Assembly (NCBI GenBank): GCA_016183565.1
Contig: JACPEJ010000001.1
Span: 614,479-678,478 of the forward strand
Source: Candidatus Blackburnbacteria bacterium
GTDB lineage: Bacteria; Patescibacteriota; Microgenomatia; UBA8517; UBA10165
DNA: 64,000 bases
Direction of reading: 5' to 3'
Shown here piece by piece: positions 46,677-58,503 of this stretch. Below the pieces are notes generated by a model. The model did no database searches and was not told the origin of the DNA. It saw only the letters and a program-made list of their open reading frames with translations. The position numbers were made by a program, and so were the translations under genes. How positions within the stretch are numbered: the stretch's first letter is position 1; every line of letters begins with the position of its first letter.

Positions 46677-48581
46677 ATGGCTTCACTTTCCGCAAAAACT
46701 ACCAGTTACACTGCAAAAGACATACAAGTTCTTGAGGGTTTAGAGCCAGTTCGCAAACGTCCTGGAATGTTTATCGGCTCAACTGATTCCCGAGGACTTC
46801 ATCACCTCATCACAGAAATAATTGACAACTCAGTCGATGAAGCTCTAGCAGACCACGCAACTGAAATTTGGGTAAGTCTTAACCCCGATGGGTCAGCAAC
46901 TGTTGAAGACAATGGGCGTGGTATACCTGTTGATAAACACAAGTCAGGAGTTTCAGCTTTAGAGCTTACTATGACAAAGCTCCACGCCGGGGGTAAGTTT
47001 GGAGACTCGGCTTACAAAGTCTCAGGAGGCTTACATGGAGTTGGAGCATCTGTCGTTAATGCACTTTCAGAGTGGCTTGAGGTAGAGGTGCATAGAGATG
47101 GATTCGCCTGGGTACAACGATACAAAAAGGGCGTTCCAGAAAGTGCACCGAAAAAAGGAGAGGCATTAAAGGACACGGGCACTAAGACAACCTTCTTGCC
47201 TGATAAGGCAGTTTTTACTACGACAGATTGGAACAAAAAGATAATCGAGGATTCTATTCGGAATCGTGCTTATCTTATTGCTGGGCTGAAGTTTCATCTT
47301 ACAGATAAGGAGGGTCCTAAAACATTTTACTTTGAAGGAGGTATAAAAAGCCTTGTTGCACACCTGAATAGTGATAGAACCACTCTTTCAAATATAGTTT
47401 ACGTTTCCCGTGAGGGGAATGATATTTCGGCTGAGGTTGCTATTCAATACAACGATGGGATGGGGGAGATGGTTGATTCTTTTGTAAATGTTATAAAGAC
47501 TCCCGATGGTGGGACTCATTTAACTGGTTTCAGGATCGGACTTACGCGCGCAGTTAATGATTATGCGAAAAAGATTGGTGTTACGAAGGAAATAATTGAG
47601 TCAATAAGCGGAGAGGATACACGCGAGGGTTTGACTGCAGTATTATTTGTCAAGATTCCAACCAATAGTATTCAATTTGAATCGCAAACAAAAACAAAAC
47701 TTAATAATCCCGAGGCTCAAGGTTTTGTTGCTCAACTTGTCAAAGAGGGTTTGGACACTTATTTTGAGGAGAACCCAAGCGAGGCGAGACGAATTCTTGA
47801 GAAAATTACATTGGCCACTAAGGCCCGGCTTGCTGCGCGAGCTGCTAAAGATGCGGTTTTGCGCAAAGGCGCGCTCGAGGGGTCAGGTCTTCCTGGGAAA
47901 CTTGCTGATTGTCAAGAGAAAAATCCGGTTTTTAGTGAGTTATTTATCATAGAAGGGGATTCTGCTGCTGGTACGGCAAAAGGCGGAAGGGACCGAAAGT
48001 TTCAGGCAATATTGCCAATTGGGGGGAAAATTCTTAACACGGAACGTGCGCATCTTGACAAAATTGTCAAATTCGAAGAGCTTAAAGATCTTATTATTGC
48101 GTTGGGAGCGGGGATAGGGGACATGGTTAACCTTGATAAACTGCGCTACCACCGAATCATTATTATGACTGATGCGGATGTGGACGGGTCTCACATCGCA
48201 ACTCTTTTGATGACATTTTTTTATCGACATTTCCCCGAAATAGTTCAAAAAGGGTACCTCTATCTTGCTCTTCCGCCACTTTATAAGGTTCAGCTTGGAA
48301 AAGAGATCTTTTATGCCTACAATGAAGAGGAAAAGCAAGAAATACTTACAAGCCATGGCAACGGCAAAGCCACAATCCAGCGCTATAAAGGACTTGGGGA
48401 AATGAACGCAGATCAGCTTAGGGATACGACTATGGATCCTGAGAAGAGGACACTTAAGCAAATTACCATAGAGGATGTTGAACAGACAGATAGAATATTT
48501 AGCACTCTTATGGGAGAGGATGTGCCACAGAGGAAAAAGTTTATACAGACATATGCGAAATTTGCGCAGTTGGATATATAA
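46677..48581 (+). CDS. gyrB: DNA gyrase subunit B
   Basis: [29 protein letters not shown] and RYKGLGEM motifs. Confidence 0.96.
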   Translation: MASLSAKTTSYTAKDIQVLEGLEPVRKRPGMFIGSTDSRGLHHLITEIIDNSVDEALADHATEIWVSLNPDGSATVEDNGRGIPVDKHKSGVSALELTMTKLHAGGKFGDSAYKVSGGLHGVGASVVNALSEWLEVEVHRDGFAWVQRYKKGVPESAPKKGEALKDTGTKTTFLPDKAVFTTTDWNKKIIEDSIRNRAYLIAGLKFHLTDKEGPKTFYFEGGIKSLVAHLNSDRTTLSNIVYVSREGNDISAEVAIQYNDGMGEMVDSFVNVIKTPDGGTHLTGFRIGLTRAVNDYAKKIGVTKEIIESISGEDTREGLTAVLFVKIPTNSIQFESQTKTKLNNPEAQGFVAQLVKEGLDTYFEENPSEARRILEKITLATKARLAARAAKDAVLRKGALEGSGLPGKLADCQEKNPVFSELFIIEGDSAAGTAKGGRDRKFQAILPIGGKILNTERAHLDKIVKFEELKDLIIALGAGIGDMVNLDKLRYHRIIIMTDADVDGSHIATLLMTFFYRHFPEIVQKGYLYLALPPLYKVQLGKEIFYAYNEEEKQEILTSHGNGKATIQRYKGLGEMNADQLRDTTMDPEKRTLKQITIEDVEQTDRIFSTLMGEDVPQRKKFIQTYAKFAQLDI

Positions 48582-48583
48582 AT

Positions 48584-50590
48584 ATGGATCCGATATTACT
48601 AATATCAATAGCTGCATCTTTGGTTACACTTATCTATAGTGCTTTCCTGGTAGTGCGCATCTTAAGACTTCCTGCGGGAGATGAGAAAGTACAAGAGATC
48701 GCAAAAGCAATAGCAGAGGGTGCGGCGGCATACCTGGCTCGTCAAAATAAGACCGTTGCAGTTGTTGCCATAGTTCTTACTGCTGTGCTTTGGGCAACAT
48801 TGGGAGTTTATGCGGCAGGTGGATTTTTAATCGGGGCTCTTGCTAGTGTTCTGGCTGGATACAGCGGGATGATGGTGGCTGTAAGAAGCAATTCTCGTAC
48901 AACCGAGGCTGCAAAAAAGGGACTTCCTGAAGCTTTATATGTTGCTTTTCAAGGAGGATCTGTAACCGGACTTATTGTAGGCGGACTTGCACTTTTGTCG
49001 ATTTCGATCGTTATTTTTTTATCTACAGTATTAGGCTTTGAACCAAATATGGCTCTGGTTGCCCTTGGGTTTGGGGGTTCTTTAATTTCAGTATTTGCAA
49101 GATTGGGCGGGGGAATTTACACCAAAGGCGCTGATGTAGGAACAGATATTGTAGGAAAAATCGAGAAGGGAATACCTGAGGATGATCCAAGAAATCCCGG
49201 CGTTGTAGCCGATCTTGTGGGAGACAATGTTGGAGATGATGCGGGAATGGCTGCCGATCTTTTTGAGACTTATGTTGTGACCGCAGTTTCGGCAATTCTT
49301 TTGGGTTCGCTTCTTTTTGGGGGTGGGGCAAATGTCTTGTTTCCACTTTTGGTTTCGGCAATTTCTTTGATCGCTTGCTTAGTTGGTACTTTCTTTGTTC
49401 GTTTATCCAACAGCAAAAGAATTATGCCTGCGCTTTATAAAGGGGTTGGAGCAACGGCTATTTTTGCAACTATTGGAGTAGTGCTGGCACTGAGAATATT
49501 GCCTCCGAACATACCGCAACTTAGTGATTCAAGTATTCTTGGAATTTTTCTAGTTGGGGTAGCCATAACGACTGGAATGATAGTAACTACTGAGTTTTTC
49601 ACTGGTAAAAATTCGGGTCCGGTTCGCAAGGTTGCAGAGGCGGGTGCTTCTGGACATGCGACTAATATAATCGCCGGGCTTGCGCTTTCTATGAAAGCAA
49701 CTCTTTTCCCAATACTGCTTATTGCCGTGGGAATTTTGGCATCATACATACTTGGTGGTCTTTTTGGTATAGCACTGGGAGCGGTAAGTATGCTTTCTCT
49801 AACCGCTATAGTTGTTGCAATTGATGCTTTCGGTCCTATAACGGACAATGCAGGTGGAATAGCTGAAATGTCAGGGCAGAGTGAGTCGGTAAGAAAAGTT
49901 ACGGACTCACTAGATGCTGTGGGTAATACTACTAAGGCAGTTACTAAAGCATACGCTATCGCTTCGGCTGGCCTTGCAAGTCTAGTGCTTTTTGCTGCCT
50001 ACACGGAGGAGTTGGCTAGGCGAGGAATGACAGAATCTTTCTCGCTTTCTGACCCTTATGTTCTTGTTGGTCTTTTCCTTGGCGCTTCTCTGCCATATCT
50101 CTTTGCAGGATTTGCAATGGAAGCTGTGGGGCGGGCAAGCCAAGCTATTGTTGCTGAAATTAGGCGCCAGTTTAAAGAAATAAAGGGAATACTTGCAGGT
50201 ACGGCTCGACCGGAATATGCAAAGTGTGTGGATATTGTTACAAAAGCGGCTTTAAGAGAGATGATAATTCCTGCACTTATTCCAGTTATTACGCCGATTG
50301 CGGTCGGGTTGTTGTTAGGAAGCCGAGCACTTGGTGGACTTTTGATGGGCATTATTATAACCGGTTTGTTTGTTGCAATTTCTATGACAACTGGTGGGGC
50401 TGCGTGGGATAATGCCAAAAAGTATATAGAGGATGGAAATTTGGGAGGTAAAGGTAGTGTTGCCCACCAGTCTGCTGTTACGGGAGATACTGTAGGAGAT
50501 CCTTACAAAGACACGGCAGGGCCCGCGATTAATCCAATGATAAAAGTGGCTAATGTAGTGGCATTATTGCTAGCGCCATTCTTGGTGTAA
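48584..50590 (+). CDS. hppA: Membrane-bound H+-translocating pyrophosphatase, predicted K+-independent
   Basis: [35 protein letters not shown] and [11 protein letters not shown]; GNTTKA carries Lys at the K+-dependence position. Confidence 0.93.
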   Translation: MDPILLISIAASLVTLIYSAFLVVRILRLPAGDEKVQEIAKAIAEGAAAYLARQNKTVAVVAIVLTAVLWATLGVYAAGGFLIGALASVLAGYSGMMVAVRSNSRTTEAAKKGLPEALYVAFQGGSVTGLIVGGLALLSISIVIFLSTVLGFEPNMALVALGFGGSLISVFARLGGGIYTKGADVGTDIVGKIEKGIPEDDPRNPGVVADLVGDNVGDDAGMAADLFETYVVTAVSAILLGSLLFGGGANVLFPLLVSAISLIACLVGTFFVRLSNSKRIMPALYKGVGATAIFATIGVVLALRILPPNIPQLSDSSILGIFLVGVAITTGMIVTTEFFTGKNSGPVRKVAEAGASGHATNIIAGLALSMKATLFPILLIAVGILASYILGGLFGIALGAVSMLSLTAIVVAIDAFGPITDNAGGIAEMSGQSESVRKVTDSLDAVGNTTKAVTKAYAIASAGLASLVLFAAYTEELARRGMTESFSLSDPYVLVGLFLGASLPYLFAGFAMEAVGRASQAIVAEIRRQFKEIKGILAGTARPEYAKCVDIVTKAALREMIIPALIPVITPIAVGLLLGSRALGGLLMGIIITGLFVAISMTTGGAAWDNAKKYIEDGNLGGKGSVAHQSAVTGDTVGDPYKDTAGPAINPMIKVANVVALLLAPFLV

Positions 50591-50657
50591 AACGAAAAAC
50601 GGGAAACGTTATACGAAGAACGAAGAAGTATTTAACGTCTGCCGTTTTACGTTTAAC
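50591..50657. repeat. Inverted heptamer arrays (nnnAACG / CGTTnnn)
   Basis: aacgaaa aacggga aacgtta tacgaag aacgaag ... aacgtct gccgttt tacgttt aac; sibling at 59539-59613. Confidence 0.6.
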
Positions 50658-50673
50658 ATATTACCTTCTACTC

Positions 50674-53600
50674 ATGAAAATCGGCAAAGTAATACCAGCT
50701 GAGATAACTCAAGAAATGCATAGAAGCTATCTTGATTATGCGATGTCTGTTATTGTCGCGCGTGCTCTTCCTGATGTTCGGGATGGTTTAAAACCTGTAC
50801 ACCGAAGAATTCTTTTTGCAATGAATGATCTGGGTTTAGCTCCTAGCTCAGCTTACACAAAGTCAGCAAAGGTTGTTGGAGAAACGATGGGTAAATACCA
50901 TCCTCATGGTGATGGACCAATCTATGATGCTCTTGTCCGCATGGCCCAAGACTTCTCGTTGCGCTACCCGCTGGTTGATGGCCAGGGAAACTTCGGCTGT
51001 TTTACTAAAGATACAAAAATTAAACTAACAGATGGTCGCGATATAACCTTCCAGGATCTCATAGTAGAGTACAAGAAAGGTAAAAAGAATTATACCTATA
51101 CCATAAACTCCCAGGGACTGATTAACATTGCAGAAATAAAGCATCCCAGGCTGACAATTAAAAAAACTCAGATCGTAAAAATTACTTTAGACAACGGCAA
51201 GAAAATAAAATGTACACCGAACCACTTATTTATGTTGAAAGACAGAAGCTATAAGGAGGCAGCCAATCTAACGAAAAAAGACTCTCTCATGCCTTTTTAC
51301 CAAAGGCTATCTCAAAACACGGATCGCCTCAATAGGGAAGGCTATGTTCTAATCTTCCAAAATTCAACTGACACGTGGGTGCCCACACATCATCTAGCCG
51401 ACAACTACAACTTAACTCACGGCACATACACAAAAAGCGCAGGAAGAGTGCGACATCACCAAGATTTTAACAAGCTTAATAACAATCCAGACAATGTAAT
51501 CAGAATGGCATGGGAAAACCACTGGAAGATCCATTATGAAAATGCAAAATTGAAACACAAAGACCCTGAATACCGCGAGAAGATAGCAAAAGGCCGGACA
51601 GAATACTGGTCAAATCCTGCCGCACGCGAGAAGCAAGCACTTCGTACGTCAACCATGAACTTCAAGAACTGGCAAAATCCCAAGTATAGGGAAAAAATGA
51701 AAAAATTGTTAAGTGAAGTTAATATTCAATACATTGCTGCACACCCTGAAAAAAGGAAAGAGTTCAGCGAAAGAGCGCACAGAACGCTCAAGAGACTATG
51801 GCAAGATCCAAACTACCGTGCCGCAATGCATGAAAAGATTATTAAAGGCAACAAAAACCACACAATCAACAAGACTGATAGGGTCAAGTTTATAAATATT
51901 TGCAAGGAGGTAACTAAACAGTTTCAATCTCTAGATGAACATAATTACAATCAAGCACGAAGTACCGTTTACCCTTACGGTTCATCTCCCTTTTGGCGAA
52001 CGGGATTGAAAAACTACTTTAATAATGACCCAGATCTCGTAAGACTTGAGATAAACAAGAATCACAAAATCGTGAGTGTAGAAACTCTTGTTAAAAGAGA
52101 GGATGTCTATGATTTAACAATTGACTCAACACATAACTTTGCACTAGCAGCAGGAGTTTTTGTCCACAACTCAGTAGATGGCGACCCCCCGGCAGCTATG
52201 AGATATAGTGAGGTGCGTCCCTCGAAAATTTCTCAGGAATTATTAAAAGATATTGATAAAGGCACCGTAGAATTTGATGATAACTTTGACGGATCTTTGA
52301 AAGAACCAAGATATTTGCCTGCACTCTTGCCTAATCTTCTTTTAATGGGCGCAGAGGGCATTGCTGTGGGTATGGCGACAAAGATTCCGCCTCATAATTT
52401 AACAGAAGTTACAGATGCAATTATTGAAACTATTAAAAAAGGAAAGGTTGTAAGAGAGGGGAATGGAGGAACCCCTAGACCCCCCTTCGACTACGCTCAG
52501 GGTCGCTCAGGACAAGTCCATTCGGCTAGCTCAGGACAAGCGGATGATTTCTTTATAAAAAGGATTGACCTTGCGGTTTCTCAAAATAAGACCAAGGTTA
52601 CAGATACAATAAAAGAGCAAAGCTCTCTTCAACTGCGTATAGAAGCACCAAAAGTCGATTTTGCCTCTGATATAACAATTGAAGAAATAATGGGCTATAT
52701 CAAAGGCCCTGATTTCCCAACCGGAGCTGTAATTTATGGCGGGAAATTGCTTCCGGAGGTTTATAGTTCGGGGCGAGGCAGAATTGTTATCAGAGGTGTT
52801 GCAAAGATTGAAGAAACTGTCCGCGGCAAGACTCGCATTGTTATAACAGAACTGCCATACCAGGTAAACAAGGCGGTACTTGTTGCAAAGGTCGCAGAAC
52901 TTGTTCGCGATAAAAGGATTGTTGGAATCTCGGATCTTCGGGATGAGTCTGACCGACGCGGAATGTCGGTTGTTATAGAGCTTAAAAAAGATGCCCGCCC
53001 CAAATCGGTTCTAAATAACCTCTACAAACACACAGATTTACAAACAACATTCCCAGCAAACTTTGTTGCTCTTGTTGATGGAGTGCCTAGAACTCTAAAT
53101 ATTAAGCAGATTTTGGTCGAATACATAAGACACAGGCAACAAGTAGTAACCAGACGATCGATATTTGAGCTTACAGAAGCAAAGCGACGGGCTCATATCC
53201 TTGAGGGATTGAAGATTGCCCTTGACAATCTGGATGCAGTTATAAAAACAATTCGCGAGAGCAGGGATGGGGAAACTGCGAAAAACAACTTGATAAAGAG
53301 GTTTGGCTTAACCCAAGTTCAGGCAGTTGCCATTCTTGATATGCAACTCAGGCGTCTTTCAGCTTTGGAGCGGGAAAAGATTGAAGAAGAATATAAGAAA
53401 GTTCAAGAGATCATAGATTATTTGACAGATCTCCTACTTCACCCCGAGAAAATTTTGAAAGTCATAGAGGATGAGCTTGGTGCTCTTAAGGAAAAATACG
53501 GAGATGTAAGACAGACCCGAGTTGTGGCGTCTCCAATAGGGGAGATGTCGGAAGAAGATTTGGTTGCAAAAGAAGATGTTGTAATTACTATTACCAAGAC

Positions 53601-54591
53601 AGGATATATAAAACGGGTTCCACCAAACACATATCGGCAACAGAGGCGAGGAGGGAAGGGAGTAGTGGGTATGACAACAAAAGAGGAAGATGAGATAGCT
53701 TCTCTTCTTTCCGCTTCTACGCATGATAGTCTTATGTTTTTTACTAACAAAGGTCGTGTCTTTGGTTTGCGGGTTTGGGAAATTCCTGAAAGCTCCCGAC
53801 AGTCCAAGGGACAAGCAGTTGTTAACCTTATTAACATCGATCAGGGGGAAAGGGTAGAATCGGTTTTATCTTTGGAGAAAGAGAGTGGTGTTAAGTATTT
53901 AATTCTTGCAACCCGAGACGGTGTAATTAAAAGAACATCTATTGAGCAGTTCAAGAACTTGCGTTCCGGAGGCTTAATTGCGATTAGACTTGACAAGAAT
54001 GACTCTTTGGCTTGGGTAAGACCAACGGATGGCAAGAGTCATGCGATTCTTGTAACTAAGAAGGGTAAGTGCATTCGTTTTGCGGAAAGTGATGTTCGGC
54101 CAATGGGAAGACCAACGCGGGGAGTGCGAGGGATTCAGCTACATGACGGAGATCAGGTTGTTGGCATGGAAGTTGTTCCGGAAAAACCAGAGACAACAAC
54201 AGACAAGAGACGGAAATTGTTTAGGAATATACTTGTTGTTATGGAAAAGGGTCTCGGGAAAAGAACTCCGATCCAATATTTCCCCTTGCAGAAACGAAGC
54301 GGGATGGGGGTTAAAGTTGCTGAGTTGACGGACAAAACAGGAGATGTGGCAGCAGCGCTTTTGGTAACACAGGAGATTCCTGAGGTTTTGATTACGAGTA
54401 AAACCGGGCAGGTGATTAAACTTCCTTTGAAGAATATTCCGCAATTGGGCAGAGCTACTCAGGGGGTAATTCTAATGCGCTTTAGTGATAAGGCCGATCA
54501 GGTTGCGGCAGTTGCGACACTTGAGAAAGACGGGGGAGAGGAAGAAACACCTGTGACAGAGACTTCAGAAGAAGCTCCTGAGGTAAACTAG
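50674..54591 (+). CDS. gyrA: DNA gyrase subunit A, intein-containing
   Basis: [24 protein letters not shown] and GyrA-box QRRGGKG. Confidence 0.96.
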   Translation: MKIGKVIPAEITQEMHRSYLDYAMSVIVARALPDVRDGLKPVHRRILFAMNDLGLAPSSAYTKSAKVVGETMGKYHPHGDGPIYDALVRMAQDFSLRYPLVDGQGNFGCFTKDTKIKLTDGRDITFQDLIVEYKKGKKNYTYTINSQGLINIAEIKHPRLTIKKTQIVKITLDNGKKIKCTPNHLFMLKDRSYKEAANLTKKDSLMPFYQRLSQNTDRLNREGYVLIFQNSTDTWVPTHHLADNYNLTHGTYTKSAGRVRHHQDFNKLNNNPDNVIRMAWENHWKIHYENAKLKHKDPEYREKIAKGRTEYWSNPAAREKQALRTSTMNFKNWQNPKYREKMKKLLSEVNIQYIAAHPEKRKEFSERAHRTLKRLWQDPNYRAAMHEKIIKGNKNHTINKTDRVKFINICKEVTKQFQSLDEHNYNQARSTVYPYGSSPFWRTGLKNYFNNDPDLVRLEINKNHKIVSVETLVKREDVYDLTIDSTHNFALAAGVFVHNSVDGDPPAAMRYSEVRPSKISQELLKDIDKGTVEFDDNFDGSLKEPRYLPALLPNLLLMGAEGIAVGMATKIPPHNLTEVTDAIIETIKKGKVVREGNGGTPRPPFDYAQGRSGQVHSASSGQADDFFIKRIDLAVSQNKTKVTDTIKEQSSLQLRIEAPKVDFASDITIEEIMGYIKGPDFPTGAVIYGGKLLPEVYSSGRGRIVIRGVAKIEETVRGKTRIVITELPYQVNKAVLVAKVAELVRDKRIVGISDLRDESDRRGMSVVIELKKDARPKSVLNNLYKHTDLQTTFPANFVALVDGVPRTLNIKQILVEYIRHRQQVVTRRSIFELTEAKRRAHILEGLKIALDNLDAVIKTIRESRDGETAKNNLIKRFGLTQVQAVAILDMQLRRLSALEREKIEEEYKKVQEIIDYLTDLLLHPEKILKVIEDELGALKEKYGDVRQTRVVASPIGEMSEEDLVAKEDVVITITKTGYIKRVPPNTYRQQRRGGKGVVGMTTKEEDEIASLLSASTHDSLMFFTNKGRVFGLRVWEIPESSRQSKGQAVVNLINIDQGERVESVLSLEKESGVKYLILATRDGVIKRTSIEQFKNLRSGGLIAIRLDKNDSLAWVRPTDGKSHAILVTKKGKCIRFAESDVRPMGRPTRGVRGIQLHDGDQVVGMEVVPEKPETTTDKRRKLFRNILVVMEKGLGKRTPIQYFPLQKRSGMGVKVAELTDKTGDVAAALLVTQEIPEVLITSKTGQVIKLPLKNIPQLGRATQGVILMRFSDKADQVAAVATLEKDGGEEETPVTETSEEAPEVN
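50998..52170 (+). mobile_element. Intein with HNH endonuclease (391 aa) in GyrA
   Basis: Starts CFTKDT, block [18 protein letters not shown] motif, ends [13 protein letters not shown] followed by Ser. Confidence 0.95.
52483..52540 (+). repeat. CCTTCGACTACGCTCAGG-type repeats in frame in gyrA
   Basis: cccttcgactacgctcagggtcgctcaggacaagtccattcggctagctcaggacaag; matches the copy at 147-169. Confidence 0.75.
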
Positions 54592-54600
54592 TGCCACATA

Positions 54601-54673
54601 TCCCGAGGTGCCAACCCCAGTAGTACAACATTGTTGACTACGGGGCAGGCGTATTCCACCTCCCAGGTGGAAT
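54601..54673 (+). repeat. REP family A copy with a nested CCCC...GGGG hairpin
   Basis: tcccgaggtgccaa[ccccagtagtacaacattgttgactacggggcagg]cgtattccacctcccaggtggaat. Confidence 0.8.
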
Positions 54674-54758
54674 TTAGTGCATCTTACTATTCGGAGTAGT
54701 TTGATTAGAATGAGTGCCTTGGGTTAGCGTTCGCTCAACCATATACGCAGCAGGAGTA

Positions 54759-55460
54759 TTAGAAAGTCTGGACTTTGGTGTTTTGTTTTAATTCCTGGAA
54801 TTTTTGGTAGAAGATTTGTGAGAGCTTCTGTTGTTTGAGAAGTTTTTCTGCTTCTTCTCGTTGAGCAGTAGGATCTGTTGCTTGAAGTTGAGATTTATTT
54901 TCCTTAACAAACTTATCGATTTCTTCCGCTGATACTGTTGCTTCTTCTGAATAAAGTTTTTCCATAGCAAGTTGCAGTTTAATTTGGTCTCTGACACCAT
55001 CTTTTGATTGACCTTGTTCCTTAAGAAGTTTTGCAAAAGAATCTCCGCCACCGAATTTCCCTTCAAGCTCTGCTACTTTTGCGTCAATCTCTTGAGAAGT
55101 TGGGAGAGCGTTTTTCTTTTTGGCTTCATCAAGGACAATCTTTTCGTTGATTATTTGCTCTAATGTTTGTTGCCTGTAGTCCTTGTTCATTCTTTCTAAT
55201 AGCTCAATTCCTGTAACAGGGGAGCCGTTAACTATTGCGGGAACAAACCAGCCCTTTTTGTAATATGCTAGGCCAAAAATTGCTAGGGCTATTAAAGATA
55301 TAGCAAGAATTTTTCTAGTAGATAGTTTTCGGTTGGTTAGGGAGAAAGAAGACTCAAAGCTCTCAACTTCAGGAGAAACAATGGTTCTTTTGGAAGTCTT
55401 TCGGTTACTAGCAGGCTTATTTGTTTTTGTTGTCTTTGCTGTCAATTTCTTTGCTGGCAT
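54759..55460 (-). CDS. SurA N-terminal/PrsA-like foldase
   Basis: TM helix; A.VNG.P.T, LEQIINEK...EAKK. Confidence 0.8.
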   Translation of the reverse strand: MPAKKLTAKTTKTNKPASNRKTSKRTIVSPEVESFESSFSLTNRKLSTRKILAISLIALAIFGLAYYKKGWFVPAIVNGSPVTGIELLERMNKDYRQQTLEQIINEKIVLDEAKKKNALPTSQEIDAKVAELEGKFGGGDSFAKLLKEQGQSKDGVRDQIKLQLAMEKLYSEEATVSAEEIDKFVKENKSQLQATDPTAQREEAEKLLKQQKLSQIFYQKFQELKQNTKVQTF

Positions 55461-55668
55461 GTGCTGATGGTATCAGAATATATAAGATTTGGCAATTATC
55501 CCTTGACAACAAGGCTGGAAGCTATTAAGAGATTAAGATTTCTTGATCTATGGGAGTCACATACAAAACAGCTTGGAGGATATTTAAGCAAATCAGAATG
55601 CTTATGACCCAAACTCCATCCTTTTTGGATGGAATTTAGGATTTAATTCTCCTTATAGATTATGCCCA

Positions 55669-56628
55669 TTAACCTCGGCCGCCCTTGCCATGAAATGCGT
55701 CGTGGACTTCTTTTAGTTGTTTATTGGTTATGTGAGTGTAGATCTGGGTAGTTGAGACATTCTTGTGCCCAAGCATCTCCTGCACACTTCTTAAATCTGC
55801 TCCGGCCATTAATAAATCTGTGGCAAACGAATGGCGAATTGAATGGACAGTAGCATCAACAGGAAGTTTTATTTTCCTAACGTATTTTTTTACCATCCGT
55901 TGTATAGATCGGGGAGTAAGCCTCATTTCTTCATTAGATACTTGAGGATCAATTTTTCCTTTGTGGCGAATAAAAAGTGGTTTATAATTATCGTTCCGTG
56001 CAGTCAAATACGTCCTAATCATATCTCCGGCACGAGACGAAAGGAAAACAACCCGTGGCCTTCTACCCTTCCCCACAATCCCAAATTCCCTTCTGTCTAA
56101 ATCTACCGTGTCTCTATCCAAACTAACAAGCTCGGATACTCGAAGACCAGTAGAGAATAAAGTCTCAAGGATTGCCTTATCTCTCTTGTCAATTACAGAA
56201 GATAAAGAAGGAGCATTAAGAAGTCTATCCATCTGCTCTCCGTTTAAAAACTTTAAAGAGTGACTTTCTCCTTTAGGTAGGTCAATTTTATCGGGAGCTA
56301 AGACTTGTCGGTCGGTTTTAACAAGATAGCGCAAAAAAGACCGAAGGGCAATTGCATGATAGCCTTGGGTTTTTCTTGAGAGCGAAGAGCCTTTTCTGTT
56401 AGTTAATCGAGATAGATACAAGCGGTAGTTCTGCACAATATCCTGATTGATATCAGCAAGCCTGTCTTTATTTTGGGATTTCAAAAAAGTAGAAAGCCTA
56501 TGAAGATAATGCGAGTAGTTGCGGACTGTAAGAGGGGAGACCGAGCGTTCAACTTCAAGATATTCAAGAAATTCTTGGATTGCCTTCTCGAGTTCTGTTT
56601 TTGTTTTTTGCGGTTCGGCAGGATCCAT
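55669..56628 (-). CDS. XerC/XerD-family tyrosine recombinase
   Basis: SAM domain; RDKAIL..LFSTGLRVSEL, GKG, HSIRHSFAT and LGH....TTQIYTH. Confidence 0.92.
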   Translation of the reverse strand: MDPAEPQKTKTELEKAIQEFLEYLEVERSVSPLTVRNYSHYLHRLSTFLKSQNKDRLADINQDIVQNYRLYLSRLTNRKGSSLSRKTQGYHAIALRSFLRYLVKTDRQVLAPDKIDLPKGESHSLKFLNGEQMDRLLNAPSLSSVIDKRDKAILETLFSTGLRVSELVSLDRDTVDLDRREFGIVGKGRRPRVVFLSSRAGDMIRTYLTARNDNYKPLFIRHKGKIDPQVSNEEMRLTPRSIQRMVKKYVRKIKLPVDATVHSIRHSFATDLLMAGADLRSVQEMLGHKNVSTTQIYTHITNKQLKEVHDAFHGKGGRG

Positions 56629-57419
56629 AAATAAATTTTTAATTTGAAATTTTTAATTTTTAAAATGAATTGTGTTAATACACTTTACATCAAGAAGAGC
56701 GGAGAGTCAATATTGTGCGACTGTGGAGAGCTGGCATCTCGTGATATAATGATGAATTTTTTCGGTTGTTTAAGTAGTCAACAATCGTCACTTCACCAAA
56801 TGCCCTAGGACGCGTTTTTTTAGGAAAGCTGACTAGATACCCGTCTTATACCCAAAATACTTTTAATAGGGGATAGTGTTTGGGTATTGTTTGGAGAGGC
56901 AAAAAGTTGGACATTCGGGCTAGTCGGAATAACATAAAAGAATACAAGGCTTTGCAAAAAATAAATCAATACATTAAGAATCAAAACTGTGGTGGTTTGT
57001 CGCCTCTTCTCTAGGGAAATTCAGAAGCGTCGCAAAAGGTATATTGTACGACACTGTACAATCTGCTTCTCCCTGCGGGAGTATATTACTCATCAAACAT
57101 CAGGGCCTGTCCAGTATATAAACCTAAGATCATTATATACAGAAGCGAGTACCCACACAACCTCCTTTGTTATCTATCTGCTGAACTTATCCACAAACCC
57201 CTTCTCCCAGAGCAGAAACTTACTATCAAACTATATCATTTAAGGCTACTTTCGGGTTTTCTTTTCTATGCTCATTAGCAGTCTACGTCGCTTTTTGCGT
57301 GAAAATTATGGGCTAATGTTGTGAAAACCTGCCTTTAAATTATAGGTTATTATGGACTATAGGTCTCCCTCTCCCCTGCTCCGAACGCTGTGGGTAAAAA
57401 AATATACACCAAGGCAATT

Positions 57420-57725
57420 TTAGATTGTTTCTTTAAACATCTGGCGCAGTATTCCTTCAGTCATTAATGATTTCTTTATTCTGGTCCGATGTGCAAAACT
57501 CAAAATCTGTATCTTCTTATAATTTAGTGGAACACGTATTTCTTTGAAGTTCGCTTTCATCCAAGCGTCACATAATCGAATTCCTTCCGCTAGTGCTCTT
57601 GCAACATCCGCTTCTGAAAGTCTTGGGAGGTTGTCTATTGGGTGGAAAGCACCGTTTAACCTGCCATTTTGAGGTATAGTTTGGGCATCTTGGATAACTC
57701 TTGTCTCAATTTCTACTGTCATCAC
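57420..57725 (-). CDS. Hypothetical protein
   Basis: Abuts the upstream gene; GGAGG SD. Confidence 0.4.
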   Translation of the reverse strand: MMTVEIETRVIQDAQTIPQNGRLNGAFHPIDNLPRLSEADVARALAEGIRLCDAWMKANFKEIRVPLNYKKIQILSFAHRTRIKKSLMTEGILRQMFKETI

Positions 57726-57726
57726 A

Positions 57727-58497
57727 CTACCCTCCCCACCTTGCTGTTAAGAACATTGTTACAAAAACAATTGCTCCAACAAGAAAATATTCTTTGATTG
57801 TTTTTGGAAAAAGCCTTTGCTGAAGTTTAGCTTGGCCTAATCCAAGTCCCATATACATTACCGTTGTTAGCGCGAGTGATCCCACTGCAACTGTCACAGG
57901 CCAGAATGAAAGCACGGTTGCGATCTCACCGGTAACTAGAGCAAAAACAGCACCTAATAATAAAACCTCGCGCCCAAGCTTTCGTTCAAGGTCGATTGAC
58001 CAAAAGCCTTGCAGTAAAAGCGGGAAAGAAACTAGAGATGCTGCTACTCCATTAGCCCAAAAATAGGATCTTAAGGAAAAGAGTGTGTCAAACAAAAGAA
58101 AGCTTGTTAAAAGAGTGAGCAGGAATCCTACTGCATGAGCAGCGCGCAAAAGAGCAATTGTACGAGCTGCAGCAACTGTATAAATATTCGATGTTAGAAG
58201 AAGTGCATAGATTCCCAAAGAGTAAAGCATTAAAACCGGGATAGCTATAAACAAGGTGGGAGGTAATAAGAAATAGAAAAAGCCAACTCCGGCTGTGAAA
58301 AGGGTGGGGAGAATAAGGACTAAGAGTGTTGAATTTCGTCCCAAACCTTCTTTTAGGGACCAAAGAGTAAGGAGAGTAGATAGCAGTGTTAAACCTCCTA
58401 TTGCCTGGTATCTAAAGCTTGTATCAAGAAACTGAAGTGATATAAATCCTGAGGTAAGGATAAGAGAACTTATTACGAATTTTTGTCGTTTGGTCAT
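57727..58497 (-). CDS. Conserved CPR multi-pass membrane protein
   Basis: About 8 TM helices; NI..VA..RTI.LLRAA motif. Confidence 0.75.
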   Translation of the reverse strand: MTKRQKFVISSLILTSGFISLQFLDTSFRYQAIGGLTLLSTLLTLWSLKEGLGRNSTLLVLILPTLFTAGVGFFYFLLPPTLFIAIPVLMLYSLGIYALLLTSNIYTVAAARTIALLRAAHAVGFLLTLLTSFLLFDTLFSLRSYFWANGVAASLVSFPLLLQGFWSIDLERKLGREVLLLGAVFALVTGEIATVLSFWPVTVAVGSLALTTVMYMGLGLGQAKLQQRLFPKTIKEYFLVGAIVFVTMFLTARWGG

Positions 58498-58503
58498 TTC
58501 CTA

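Noticed and set aside
55669-56628. Prophage or island integrase
   Set aside because: Housekeeping XerC/D architecture; no att repeats or phage genes nearby
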